Assembly: GCA_001774495.1 (NCBI GenBank)
Contig: MFAE01000014.1
Location: 10,573 to 74,572 of the forward strand
Direction: 5' to 3'
Source: Candidatus Campbellbacteria bacterium RIFOXYC2_FULL_35_25
GTDB taxonomy: Bacteria; Patescibacteriota; Minisyncoccia; Phycocordibacterales; UBA12079
DNA length: 64,000 nucleotides
This document shows, one piece after another, positions 20,064-30,325 of this stretch. Position numbers and translations under genes: made by a program. The first letter of the stretch is position 1, and each line of letters begins with the position of its first letter. Below the pieces are notes generated by a model. That model was not told the DNA's origin. It ran no database searches and worked only from the letters and a program-made list of their open reading frames with translations.

Positions 20064-20735
20064 ATGCCACCAGAAGAAAATCAAAAAAATACAGTTGAAG
20101 AAATTCCTGTTTCGGCTCCGCCGAAACAGGAAGTCGTTGAAAATGTTCCCGTTGTTGAAGAAACCCCTGCTCCAATTGAAACTCTTGTGGAAGAACAAAC
20201 TGAAAATATTGAAAATATTGAAAATGTTGAAACTGAAGTCGTTGAGCCAATAATAATTGAGTCTGTAACAGAAACGCCGATTATTGAAACGACTGAACCG
20301 ATAGAACAAATAGAAAACGAAGAAACTGGATTGCTTCACTTTGTTCGCAAAGACGAAGCTGTTGAAGAAATTCCACAAGTTGAAGAAGTGAAACAGTCTC
20401 AATCTGTTCAACAAGAACAACCTCAACCGCAGTCAGAACCTCAACCACAACAAACTCAAACTGTTGAAAAAATTATTTATCAAACTCCGCCTAATTTGAT
20501 TCAAAATCTCTTAACCAAAGCGAGAGCAAAAATTCAAGAAAGGAAAAATAAGAAGTTGAATAAAATAATGTCACTTTTTGAATCAAATTCAAATATTTCT
20601 AACTCGGATGTTCAAAAATTGCTACGAACTACTAAAAGAAGTGCAACAAGATATTTAAATATTCTTGAAAAAGAGCAAAAGATAATTCAAGTTGGAAATG
20701 CTGGCAGAGGTGTAAAATACATCAAAAAACCTTAA
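20064..20735 (+). CDS. Acidic low-complexity protein with C-terminal winged helix
   Basis: E/P/Q/V-rich N-terminus; ISNSDVQKLLRTTKRSATRYLNILEK resembles the 18082 gene. Confidence 0.75.
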   Translation: MPPEENQKNTVEEIPVSAPPKQEVVENVPVVEETPAPIETLVEEQTENIENIENVETEVVEPIIIESVTETPIIETTEPIEQIENEETGLLHFVRKDEAVEEIPQVEEVKQSQSVQQEQPQPQSEPQPQQTQTVEKIIYQTPPNLIQNLLTKARAKIQERKNKKLNKIMSLFESNSNISNSDVQKLLRTTKRSATRYLNILEKEQKIIQVGNAGRGVKYIKKP

Positions 20736-21036
20736 GATAGAATATAATTGCGAGCAACGGCTCAACGAGTTGAGCCGTTGATTTAAATCAATTTTATATT
20801 TTTTAACATCATATAGATTAAATTTGCACAATCTGTTTTCTTAATATAAAATCTACCTTAGATTTGTTCTCGAAATTTGAATAGTTGTAAAAACTAAAAC
20901 CGAAAGCAATAACCGTTTTTACGGTTTTTTAATTTTACTGAAAAAAGGAGGTGATTAAATTGGTGTAATTAACGAAGTACCTGACAAGAAATAGGAAGTT
21001 CAGCATGACAAACAAAAAAGACCTAAGGAGGTCAAG

Positions 21037-22245
21037 ATGAAAAGACTGATTTTTCTTTCTCTAATTTTGTTGGGAATAACATTTTCCCAGCATGTGTTCG
21101 CTTCAACTGTAAACTACCAGCCGACACCATATCCTCTTTTGGATAAAAACGGGGATTCAATGTCTCAAGATTTGGACAAGGTTCACCTCTGGGACGGATG
21201 GCTTCCAAGTTACTACTATAACCAAGAGTTTACTCGCGACGATAAACTGCAACTCGGTGGTTGGGGTGACCAGTATCGTATTTATGTCAAATTTGATATT
21301 GAAGGACTTCCTTACGATCCCGATGACGTAATTATGTTTATGAAATCGTTTGACCGTGGAGATTCTTCAACGGCTACACCTTTTGCTTTTTGCCAGGCGA
21401 GTAGTTCGTGGGATTTGTCGTTAACGTGGAATACTCAACCCTCGTTTTCTGGATGTTGGGGTTGGTATAGCGCACCTACACCAGGCGATTGGTGGGGGCG
21501 GTATATAACACCAATGTACTCTGATTGGAAAGATGGGACATCGACAAATTATGGAGTAATGATGTATCCTCAAAACACAAATAATAACTTTAACGTGTTT
21601 AGGAGCTCTCGGTATTCAACCGCAAGTTATCGCCCTGTTTTGCAATTTGTTTTTACTCCAACGATTGAACTCAAAATGCCACTTCCTGGAAATCACACAT
21701 GGTTGGTAACAACCGAAACTGGTGGTTGGGATTGTATGGGTGATTACGACCAATATCATGACGGCACGAATTATTTCTCTCTAGATTTTTCTTGGAGAAA
21801 CCAAGCTGATGCTGGAGCGGCAGTGTATGACGAATCAACTGATGATATTCCTATTCTCGCCGCTGGTGGAGGAAAGGTCTACCAAGCAACGTACTCATCA
21901 GCAAATGGCTATTACGTTGTGATTGATCATGACGGAGACGGTAATATTAACACAGGAGTGTCTACCAGATATCTTCATCTTAAATATTCCCCCTCCGTAA
22001 CAGCTGGTAATACCGTTCAGCAAGGAGCTCTCATCGGTTATATGGGAGATACCGGCTTAAGTAATGGTGTTCATCTTCATTTTGGGGTTCGCTATCAAGA
22101 TAGTGGTTCATCGAGTGTTAACCAGCTTAGTAAAGTAACCGTGGATGGTCAAATTCTGAAAGGATACCAGACAAAATGCTCGGAGAGCAACGGCATCCCA
22201 ACAGATTGGATTCGTTATTATCGTTCTTACAACACAGCTTATTAG
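21037..22245 (+). CDS. Secreted DNRLRE/CBM-like domain + M23 peptidase
   Basis: Signal peptide; YVKFD, LTWNTQP, NYGVMM, RPVL; then GYYVVIDH, TRYLHL, GDTGLSNGVHLHF. Confidence 0.82.
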   Translation: MKRLIFLSLILLGITFSQHVFASTVNYQPTPYPLLDKNGDSMSQDLDKVHLWDGWLPSYYYNQEFTRDDKLQLGGWGDQYRIYVKFDIEGLPYDPDDVIMFMKSFDRGDSSTATPFAFCQASSSWDLSLTWNTQPSFSGCWGWYSAPTPGDWWGRYITPMYSDWKDGTSTNYGVMMYPQNTNNNFNVFRSSRYSTASYRPVLQFVFTPTIELKMPLPGNHTWLVTTETGGWDCMGDYDQYHDGTNYFSLDFSWRNQADAGAAVYDESTDDIPILAAGGGKVYQATYSSANGYYVVIDHDGDGNINTGVSTRYLHLKYSPSVTAGNTVQQGALIGYMGDTGLSNGVHLHFGVRYQDSGSSSVNQLSKVTVDGQILKGYQTKCSESNGIPTDWIRYYRSYNTAY

Positions 22246-22334
22246 ATTTAATCTCGTAAGTTTTACACAGCGGGGCTTTTTGCCTCGCTGTTTTTGTATT
22301 GGAATTATTTAAATTTAATATATAATAATAGATT

Positions 22335-22874
22335 ATGAAAAACAAAAAAATTCTTTTAATTCTTATTATTATCTTAATAATCTTAGGTTTCTTTTATTTT
22401 ACAAAATACGATAAAAATAATAGCGAAGTAATTATTTTGAATGACAACCAAGATGGAACAAAACATCTTGAAACTTATTCAAACGAGAAATATGGTTTTA
22501 TTTTTTCTTACCCTCAAGATTGGAATGCTAAAGCAGAAAATTCTGAATTGATACAACTTTATAATTATTCAAAAATAGGAGACCAAACACTTTCTGAAAA
22601 TGTTTTAAATAAAGTTGAAGTTGTTATTATTGAAGAAATAAATTATGAAGAATCCAGCGATTATCCAGAAGAAAATAAATCTATATCTGATACAGTCATC
22701 GGAGGACAAAATGCGAAGAAAGTTGAGGTAGAACTTATTGGGGGAGAAAAAATTAACTCTTATTATGTTCAAATTCCTTCAATAAACAAATATATTTCTT
22801 TGAGTATTTACGGAGATTCAAAGAATTTCTATGTTCTCGATAATATAGCCAATAGTTTGAGATGGACAAAATAA
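22335..22874 (+). CDS. Membrane-anchored PsbP-like protein
   Basis: N-terminal TM; YSNEKYGFIFSYPQDW. Confidence 0.7.
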   Translation: MKNKKILLILIIILIILGFFYFTKYDKNNSEVIILNDNQDGTKHLETYSNEKYGFIFSYPQDWNAKAENSELIQLYNYSKIGDQTLSENVLNKVEVVIIEEINYEESSDYPEENKSISDTVIGGQNAKKVEVELIGGEKINSYYVQIPSINKYISLSIYGDSKNFYVLDNIANSLRWTK

Positions 22875-23040
22875 TTTAATAAATCTACAAAGCCAAAAGG
22901 GACAAATACACCATTTGTCCCTTTTATCATACAAAACCACACGAAGTGTGGTTTTGGTTGTTTAGGGAGCTTTTTTGTGTGCGCTGGGAGGGTTGGGGCA
23001 AACACAAGATAGAAAGCGTTTTAGTTTTGTTTTGTTTTTC

Positions 23041-23154
23041 TTTGGAGCATATTATAAGGCAATAAAAGAAGAAAGATTGTTAACAAAACATTTTTCTAAT
23101 GAATATTCTGAATATAAAAAACAAGTAAGGGCTTTAATTCCTTTTATTTTCTAG
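23041..23154 (+). pseudogene. 3' remnant of an ICMT/PEMT-family membrane methyltransferase
   Basis: Hand translation FGAYYKAIKEERLLTKHFSNEYSEYKKQVRALIPFIF*; no N-terminal part. Confidence 0.65.
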
Positions 23155-23401
23155 CTCAAAAGAAGAAATAATTTACAGCAACTTTAACTTATTGGTTATT
23201 TGGTTTAGGCCTATTCTAGTTATCCACAATTCATCTAAAAAAGCTTGCTTTTTTTTCTGAGTTTAGTATACTAATTAAAGTACTTATTATTTAGCTTGCT
23301 ACTTAATAGGTACTATGAAAGAAATCGCTTCGGCGGTTTTTTTCATATCTACTGAAGCCATTTTGAGTAGAGGTGAAAAAAACTGACGGTGGTTTAAAAA
23401 C

Positions 23402-23640
23402 AAAAATCCACAGTAGCCAGGCTACTGTGGATTTTTGTTTAGTAACTAAAAACTATCGACTATAAACTATAAACTAAAAACTATTCTTTCTCCTCTTTCA
23501 ACTGTACAAAGAATGTTGAACCTTTTCCTTCTCCTTCCGATTCTGCCCCTATCTTAACATCCTTTTCGGATGTTCGGGCGAACATTTTACCACTAAAACA
23601 ATTTATAAAATTGTTTTAGTGGTAAAATGTTTTAGCCAAA
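23402..23640 (-). repeat. Histidine kinase 3'-end repeat, copy 1 (terminator + heptamers + HK tail + 87-bp palindromic insert)
   Basis: 23481-23548 matches 36506-36573; terminator aatccacagtagccaggctactgtggatt. Confidence 0.92.
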
Positions 23641-23713
23641 TTGTTCCAGGTTCAGTGTTGAATTCAAGATTTATGTTTATAGAAACTTGTTTTTGGGGTA
23701 TAATGATAAAATT

Positions 23714-25003
23714 ATGAAAAAACATATTATTATTGCCACCTATGATGGAATCGGTACTTATTATTCAGGAGTGGGGACCATTGCAAAAAATATCGTTGAT
23801 TCACTTACCATTCTTTCAGATAAAATAGACATAAAAGTCAGTATTGCTTATGTGAGTATGGATAAACAATCAGATGTTTTTAATAAAGGATGTTTTGATA
23901 CAGCAAATAATCTAACCATAAAAACTGGAGGTAAAATGATTCCTTTGTGTAACACCACAAAAGGTCAGAGTGAATGGGATATGTGGAGGAGTTTTGATGA
24001 ATGGAGATTTACTTGTGTGTCACTTGTAACTGCTTTAAACCTTATATTAGATGAGAAAGATGACAATATCATTATTCTTAATGACACGCCATTTTTATTT
24101 TTTTCTAAGTATAAAGACTTGGTTTTAGACAAAAATTTAAAATGTTTCTATTTCCCTTTGAGTACCGGGAAAAATCATGCTTTTGGCGATGAAGATTGGA
24201 GAAATCATAGAATTAAAGCCGAAGAAAGGTGTTTCGAAATAGTTCAAAAGGATCCAAATTCAAAAGTAATATCTTTGGGTGAAAAATTTGCTGAGAGAAT
24301 GAATCAAGATTATGGGTTGAAGTTTGGAGAAGTTGACTATTTGCAAAATGGCTTATGTTTTGATAAATATAAAGATTTTCTTGATACTAAGTTTTCTAAT
24401 AAAGATTTACAAAAATATGGGATTAAAATAGAAGAAGACAAAAAAATAATTTTTGCTTGGGGTAGATGTTCTATCGCAAAAGGATTTAAGGAACTTGCAT
24501 TGGCTTGGGTTAAAGCACATAATTTTTTACCAAATCATTATTTACTTTTACAAATACCAAATAATTCAGGCGAGACTGATTACTTCGATGAGATTAAAGG
24601 AATTCTGAAGAATATTCCTAGGGTTATTATTTTAGACAATTTTAATCCAAATATTTGGAAAACAGTTTTAAGGTCAGTAAATACTGAAATTGTTTGCATC
24701 CCCTCATTAATGGACCCTTTTCCTCACACTTCTATAGAAGCAAAACTTTTCTCAAAAGGAATGAATTATATCACTTTAATTAGCGATATCGACGGAGCCG
24801 TAGACGCTTTCCACGAAGATGAGTGTATATATGTTGATCCTAGGGATACAAAAACTTTTACTGATAAAATTATCGAAGTAGCTAATTTAGATAATTCACA
24901 AAAGAGAGAAATGATTGATAAAAACATTCAGACAATTCAAAATTTCAATTTTCCTAAAATCCTTGAAAAATTTATAAATTCGAATTTATTTAAAAGCAAA
25001 TAG
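23714..25003 (+). CDS. GT-B (GT4-like) glycosyltransferase
   Basis: SGVGT, WGRCSIAKG, IPSLMDPFPHTSIEA, SDIDG. Confidence 0.8.
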   Translation: MKKHIIIATYDGIGTYYSGVGTIAKNIVDSLTILSDKIDIKVSIAYVSMDKQSDVFNKGCFDTANNLTIKTGGKMIPLCNTTKGQSEWDMWRSFDEWRFTCVSLVTALNLILDEKDDNIIILNDTPFLFFSKYKDLVLDKNLKCFYFPLSTGKNHAFGDEDWRNHRIKAEERCFEIVQKDPNSKVISLGEKFAERMNQDYGLKFGEVDYLQNGLCFDKYKDFLDTKFSNKDLQKYGIKIEEDKKIIFAWGRCSIAKGFKELALAWVKAHNFLPNHYLLLQIPNNSGETDYFDEIKGILKNIPRVIILDNFNPNIWKTVLRSVNTEIVCIPSLMDPFPHTSIEAKLFSKGMNYITLISDIDGAVDAFHEDECIYVDPRDTKTFTDKIIEVANLDNSQKREMIDKNIQTIQNFNFPKILEKFINSNLFKSK

Positions 25004-25024
25004 ATATTATTTTAAATTATAAGT

Positions 25025-25777
25025 ATGATATTTAGATGGACAATATGGGGGGAATATAAATTAAAAAATATTGAATTATTAAAATATAGTATTCTTTCAT
25101 TTAAAAAACAATTTGGTGAGAGTCATAATTATGTAGTTTATACAGATGATGAAAAAACTCTTAAAGAGAATCTTAGAGGAATTGCTGAAATTTTTAATAT
25201 TAACTCTTGTGTTGAAAATAAATACAACATTAAATCCAAGGCTACTTGGATGAAATGGTGCCCTTTGGTTAAATTAGATATTGATAAAACTGAGATTTAT
25301 GTTGATTCTGATGTTTTTTTGTTAAAATATCCCATTGAAATTGAAAATTTCATTACTAATCCTAAATTAAAATTTGCAATTATGGATGAGTTTTACGGTC
25401 AGCCATGGCAACATGGAGCTATGCAAAAAAGGGCAACAAAAGTTACTCCTTTTGTTAATGCTGGCCTTTTTATTCAAAAAGCTGGATATAGTATTTCCGG
25501 TGAACTTTCGGAAGAATTTGATTGGTGGGTACAAAATATTTCAAAAGATGAACAGACTCATCATGATGAACAGGGAGCACTGGCAGTAGCCTTAACTAAT
25601 TATTTAGAAAAACAAGAGTTATATATTTTACCTAAAGATAAATATATGTTAATTGGTCCAAACGAGAACAAAGGTATAAAAGATCTAGAGCAAGTTATAT
25701 TATTTCATGCGGTTTATCCTGATCACCCAGCTTTTTATAAATTTAAAGATTATCTCGATAAAATACTTAATTTATAA
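25025..25777 (+). CDS. GT-A fold (GT8-like) glycosyltransferase
   Basis: YVDSDVF, VNAGLF, DEQGAL, late His. Confidence 0.7.
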   Translation: MIFRWTIWGEYKLKNIELLKYSILSFKKQFGESHNYVVYTDDEKTLKENLRGIAEIFNINSCVENKYNIKSKATWMKWCPLVKLDIDKTEIYVDSDVFLLKYPIEIENFITNPKLKFAIMDEFYGQPWQHGAMQKRATKVTPFVNAGLFIQKAGYSISGELSEEFDWWVQNISKDEQTHHDEQGALAVALTNYLEKQELYILPKDKYMLIGPNENKGIKDLEQVILFHAVYPDHPAFYKFKDYLDKILNL

Positions 25778-25806
25778 GTAAAGGTTGTAAATGATATAAT
25801 GTAAAT

Positions 25807-27507
25807 ATGAAAAATAAGTCTAAAGTTGCAATTTTAATGTCTGTAAGAAATGAAGAGATTTTGGTTGATTTTAATATTGCATACCATTTAGATTTAGGTT
25901 TCGACTATATTTTTGTTGCAAACCATTGCTCCACTGATCAAACTAATGAGATTTTAAATTCTTACAAGGATAATCCTCGGGTTGTTGTTATTAATGAAGT
26001 TAACCATGTTTTTGATCATGCTAAAATAATCAATAAACTTTTGAATTTTGCAAATAAAAACTTTAAGATTGATTGGCTCGCTTTTTTGGATGTGGATGAA
26101 TTTCTTTCTATTAAAGAGAAAAACATTCATGAATTTGTTGCAAGGTTAGATTCAAAAAGAATTCCTTATGCGACAATAGGATGGGCAAATGCACTATTCG
26201 ATTATACTCATTCAGATTACACATGTTCTCCTGTGAATAAAATAGATACATTAAAATTTTATTATCCTTGGCCAGAAAAAAACTGGCAAGAATATGGACA
26301 TTTCAGAAAGACGATTGTTAAAAACCATAAAAATATTGAAGTAGTTGCTGGAGGTCACTACGTAAAAACTGAAAATAATCTGAGTTTTTTTGGTGAATTT
26401 GATTGGAATCCTTTCGCTATTCCTTTTGAAGAAGCAAAATTATTACATTTTGAATTTAGAGATACCGCGGAAGCTTTATATGAAAAGTGGCAAAAACTCG
26501 CAGAATTTGAAAATGACACTACCTCAAGTAATAGTGCCCCTTGGTTAGAAAGAATTCAGACAATAAGAAAGTATGTAAAATATTATAAAGATGACATTGA
26601 GAGTATAAATAAAAAATGGTTTTATAATCACAGTACTTTTTGGGGGACTACTATCCCAGAAAATAAAATAATTTATGATAATACTTTAGCTTTATGGTAT
26701 GGTAAATATTTAAGAAATAAAATAAAAAAAGGAAAAATAAAATCTTTGTGTTTATTGCGAAGTGGTAATCTGGGGGATGTTATAATGACTGAACCAATTG
26801 CCAGATTTTTATTAAAATATGTTGACGAAATAGTGCTGGCAACTGATGTAGTAAATTTTAATTTAATCAATAAGACTTATAAAAAAATCATTCCGTTTAA
26901 AAGTGCCTTTATAAATAATAGCTTTGACGCAACAATAAGGCTTGCTTATGAATTCAGTGATAATCAAAAAACATATATTCAAGGATTTATGGAGTCTATA
27001 GGTTTCGGAGATATTGTGATTAATGATATCCCTAGTTTGAATAATAATTTTGAGAATATTGTTAATGAAAAATATGTATTAATTGCTCCTCATATTAGTA
27101 GTTGGGAGGATAAGAAGCGAAATTGGGGTTACTTAAAATTTATTGAGTTAGCTGATCTTATCGAAAAAAATTTAAACATTAAAACCATTATTTTAGAAAA
27201 CACCCATACTTTTAAGGAAATGTTATCTTTGATCTATCATTGTGAATACTTTATAGGAAACGATTCTGGCCCAGGAATAATTTCTCAAAGTTTTAATAAA
27301 AAATCTTTTTTAATTTTTGGAGCAACTCACCCTAAATATTTGCATTTATTAAAATCTACTGTATATATATATGATAAGAATAGACACGCTTTATGCCAAC
27401 ATAAAACACGTCAAGAAGAAATTGATTGCTGCGAATCGTTTTGTATGGATAAATTAAGGGTTAATAGAGTATTTGAAATAATAAAAAACAATTATGAACA
27501 AAAATAA
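25807..27507 (+). CDS. GT2 + GT9 (heptosyltransferase-like) fusion
   Basis: SVRNEE, STDQT, FLDVDEFL, LLHF; then GNLGDVIMT, KRNWG, FIGNDSGP, IFGAT. Confidence 0.82.
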   Translation: MKNKSKVAILMSVRNEEILVDFNIAYHLDLGFDYIFVANHCSTDQTNEILNSYKDNPRVVVINEVNHVFDHAKIINKLLNFANKNFKIDWLAFLDVDEFLSIKEKNIHEFVARLDSKRIPYATIGWANALFDYTHSDYTCSPVNKIDTLKFYYPWPEKNWQEYGHFRKTIVKNHKNIEVVAGGHYVKTENNLSFFGEFDWNPFAIPFEEAKLLHFEFRDTAEALYEKWQKLAEFENDTTSSNSAPWLERIQTIRKYVKYYKDDIESINKKWFYNHSTFWGTTIPENKIIYDNTLALWYGKYLRNKIKKGKIKSLCLLRSGNLGDVIMTEPIARFLLKYVDEIVLATDVVNFNLINKTYKKIIPFKSAFINNSFDATIRLAYEFSDNQKTYIQGFMESIGFGDIVINDIPSLNNNFENIVNEKYVLIAPHISSWEDKKRNWGYLKFIELADLIEKNLNIKTIILENTHTFKEMLSLIYHCEYFIGNDSGPGIISQSFNKKSFLIFGATHPKYLHLLKSTVYIYDKNRHALCQHKTRQEEIDCCESFCMDKLRVNRVFEIIKNNYEQK

Positions 27508-28519
27508 TTTTAAAATAAAACTTTCTTTTGTTAAAGGTTTAAACAAAATTGTTGTAAAAGAAGTCAAAGAAAAAACATCTTATAAAATACTTGAACAAGG
27601 TGTTGATTTTGTTTATTTAAATTTTGATAAAAACTTTGGAAAATTATTTGTTTTAAAAAGTATAGGGTCAGTGAGTATCGTATTAAATGATTTATTGTAT
27701 AATCCTGCGTATTTGTCAAAGCACAAATCTATTTTGAAAGAAGTAATTGATGAAATAATAAATAAAAAGATAGATAAATTTTCTACTTTTAAAGTTTCTT
27801 GCGCTGGTTTAGATTCTCCAGAGGTAAAAAGTATTTCAAAATATATTGGAGATGAGTTTAAATTAAAGGAAAATGTAGAAGCAGATTTAAAAATTAATAT
27901 CGCTAAGGTTAACGATTTATGGGAAGTATCTGTTCAAGCCACAAGAAGGCCACTTTCTTTTAGAAGCTATAAAATTGTTAATATGAGTGGAGCCATGGAT
28001 CCTACAATCGCCTATGCTCTGAATGAGTATTGTAATGTAAAGAAAAAGAAAACATATCTGAATGCTTTTTCTGGAAGTGCGACTTTGTTGATTGAAGCTG
28101 GGTTAAGTAGCCAAGATTTAGAAACTTTAGTTGGTTTCGATAATGATAAATCACATTTGACATTGGCTTATCAAAATATAAAACAAGCAGGTTTAATTAG
28201 AAGGATAAAACTTCTTGAGCATGATATATATGAACAGCCAAAAATAGGGAAATTTGATGTTATCGTAGCAGATTTACCCTTTGGTATGGTTATTTCAAAA
28301 AATGAAGACTTGGAAAAAATGTATACCGCTTTTGTAAATTTTGCCGAAAATTCTTTAGAGGAGAAGGGTGTCTTAGGGGTTTATACTAATGAGTATAGGT
28401 TGTTTAAAGAGGTGTTAGATTTATCTAAATGGAAAATTATCGAAGAAGTTGACTTAAAGCTACCAACAAATGTTAATTCATATTTATATCCAAAAATATT
28501 CGTATGCAAGAAAATATAA
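27494..28519 (+). CDS. SAM-dependent RNA methyltransferase (THUMP/Trm14-RlmL-like)
   Basis: PLSFRSY, GAMDPTIA, FSGSATLLIEA, ADLPFG. Confidence 0.8.
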   Translation: MNKNNFKIKLSFVKGLNKIVVKEVKEKTSYKILEQGVDFVYLNFDKNFGKLFVLKSIGSVSIVLNDLLYNPAYLSKHKSILKEVIDEIINKKIDKFSTFKVSCAGLDSPEVKSISKYIGDEFKLKENVEADLKINIAKVNDLWEVSVQATRRPLSFRSYKIVNMSGAMDPTIAYALNEYCNVKKKKTYLNAFSGSATLLIEAGLSSQDLETLVGFDNDKSHLTLAYQNIKQAGLIRRIKLLEHDIYEQPKIGKFDVIVADLPFGMVISKNEDLEKMYTAFVNFAENSLEEKGVLGVYTNEYRLFKEVLDLSKWKIIEEVDLKLPTNVNSYLYPKIFVCKKI

Positions 28520-29844
28520 TCGAATTAGATTTAAAAAAATACTTATTGCAATTTTCAGATAGCAAGGTTGATTTTTATCGTTTCCCTGGAAATTATGGAG
28601 ATTCTTTGATTTATCACGGAACAAAAACTTTATTAGATGAGTTAAATATAGGCATTGATCTTGTTGAAATAGATTCTGATGTTATTAATGATATTTTATT
28701 TATCGATGGTGGAGGGAATTTTGTGGATGAGTATGACGATGTTTATAATTTTCTAGTTAAAAAACACAGAATGTATAAAAAAATCGTATTATTACCTCAT
28801 ACAATTAGAGGAGAAAAAGAAGCTAGACTTATTCAGTCTTTGGATTCGAATGCAACTATTTTTTGTAGGGAAAAAATCACCTATGAATTTGTTAAAAAGA
28901 ATGCAAAAAAAGCAGAGTATTATCTTTGGAGTGATTGTGCTTTTTACAACGATTTAATAAATTACTTAGAAGTTGGTGAGGGAATTTTAAATTCTTTTAG
29001 AGTAGATGTTGAATCAAGCAAAAAAGAATTACCTGCTGATAATGAAGATATCTCATATGACGGATGGTGTATGAAGCCTTTGAAAGACTTTCTTGGAAAA
29101 ATACAAAAATATGAAGAGATTAGAACTGATAGATTACATGTTGCTATAGCTAGTGCTATGCTCGGTAAGAGAGTATTGTTTTATTCTAACTCGTATTATA
29201 AAAATAAGGCAGTTTACGAGTATTCGCTAAAAAAATACCCACAAGTCATATTTGTATATGAAAATGATTATAATCTAATTTCCTATAATCAAATCCGTTC
29301 TGTATTTTTGGAACATCTTAATAGTGAGACTGTTAAAACAAAAGATAATGTTTTGGATTTATTTAGTGAATTAATTTCTATAAACCATAAATTATGGCAC
29401 TTTGAGGACCTAGCAAGAAATTTAGAATCAACTGATAAATTAGTGAGAGAAATTAAAAAAAATATTGATAAATCAAATCAATCAAGAAATGATCTTATCA
29501 GAAAAATTGATTTTAATTTAATTGATCTACTAAACAACAAAGAGAGTAAGGATATAGAAAAGTTTATCTCTGAAAGTCCTGCTGTATTTATAGATAGGCT
29601 TTCAATTATGTTTATAAGAAAGTTTGAGATAGAAAGGCTTGTGTTTTGTATAAATGATAATCAAAATTTGAATGATATTTATATTCAAAAATTAGATGTA
29701 ATTAATAGTCAGATTAATTTTAATGGCAAGTTTTTAGAATCTCTTTTTAATAAGATAAGATTAGGAACAATATTTTTCAAAATATTTAATCCTGTAAAAA
29801 TATATAATGATCATAGAATCCAAAAATATATAGCTAAAACATAA
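28504..29844 (+). CDS. Polysaccharide pyruvyltransferase + DUF4254 fusion
   Basis: GNYGDSLI, GGGNF, CRE, TDRLHVAI, NSYYKN; then LWHFEDLAR, IDKSNQSRND, ESPAVFIDRLSI. Confidence 0.8.
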   Translation: MQENIIELDLKKYLLQFSDSKVDFYRFPGNYGDSLIYHGTKTLLDELNIGIDLVEIDSDVINDILFIDGGGNFVDEYDDVYNFLVKKHRMYKKIVLLPHTIRGEKEARLIQSLDSNATIFCREKITYEFVKKNAKKAEYYLWSDCAFYNDLINYLEVGEGILNSFRVDVESSKKELPADNEDISYDGWCMKPLKDFLGKIQKYEEIRTDRLHVAIASAMLGKRVLFYSNSYYKNKAVYEYSLKKYPQVIFVYENDYNLISYNQIRSVFLEHLNSETVKTKDNVLDLFSELISINHKLWHFEDLARNLESTDKLVREIKKNIDKSNQSRNDLIRKIDFNLIDLLNNKESKDIEKFISESPAVFIDRLSIMFIRKFEIERLVFCINDNQNLNDIYIQKLDVINSQINFNGKFLESLFNKIRLGTIFFKIFNPVKIYNDHRIQKYIAKT

Positions 29845-29851
29845 AAAGAGG

Positions 29852-30058
29852 GTAGACCTAAGGCACAAAGCATTTTTTACAGATAAAATAAGAGTTGATG
29901 AAAACAAACCTCAATTATATGGGGCACAAGTTAGAAAAAAAGAAAACGGAGAAATAGAATTAATTGAAATAGAAGACAGAGAAAATGTAAATAAAAGGAG
30001 AAAGGAACTTGGGATGGAATCGCTAGAGAAGTATTTGGAACAATTTGGTGTTAAGTAA
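29852..30058 (+). pseudogene. 3' remnant of a DUF6624-like gene
   Basis: Hand translation VDLRHKAFFTDKIRVDENKPQLYGAQV...IEDRENVNKRRKELGMESLEKY...*; no start codon. Confidence 0.7.
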
Positions 30059-30129
30059 AAAATTAATAGAAATTCTATTTTTAATTAGATTTATTTAAAA
30101 GTAACTTAAAATTTTAATAATCTCCTACA

Positions 30130-30325
30130 CCTGTGGATTTTTATTTAGTAACTATCGACTATAAACTATAAACTAAAAACTATTCTTTCTCCTCTTTCAA
30201 CTGCACAAAGAAAGTAGAACCTTTTCCTTCTCCTTCCGATTCTGCCCAAACTTTTCCTCCGTGAGCTTTTACGATTTCTTTTATATTTTAACATAATTTT
30301 AAAAATTTTTAGTTTTTTATTGACA
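30130..30325 (-). repeat. Histidine kinase 3'-end repeat, copy 2, plus common arm
   Basis: 30180-30283 matches 36506-36609 with 2 synonymous changes; followed by atattttaacataattttaaaaatttttagttttttattgaca. Confidence 0.92.

Noticed and set aside
30284-30315. dif/pdif (XerCD) site in the common arm: the minus strand reads TTATGTTAAAA, like a XerD arm
   Set aside because: No XerC-like arm at 6-bp spacing. The sequence is equally an extended -10 (TGnTAAAAT), common in this AT-rich DNA. Not excluded, but unsupported.
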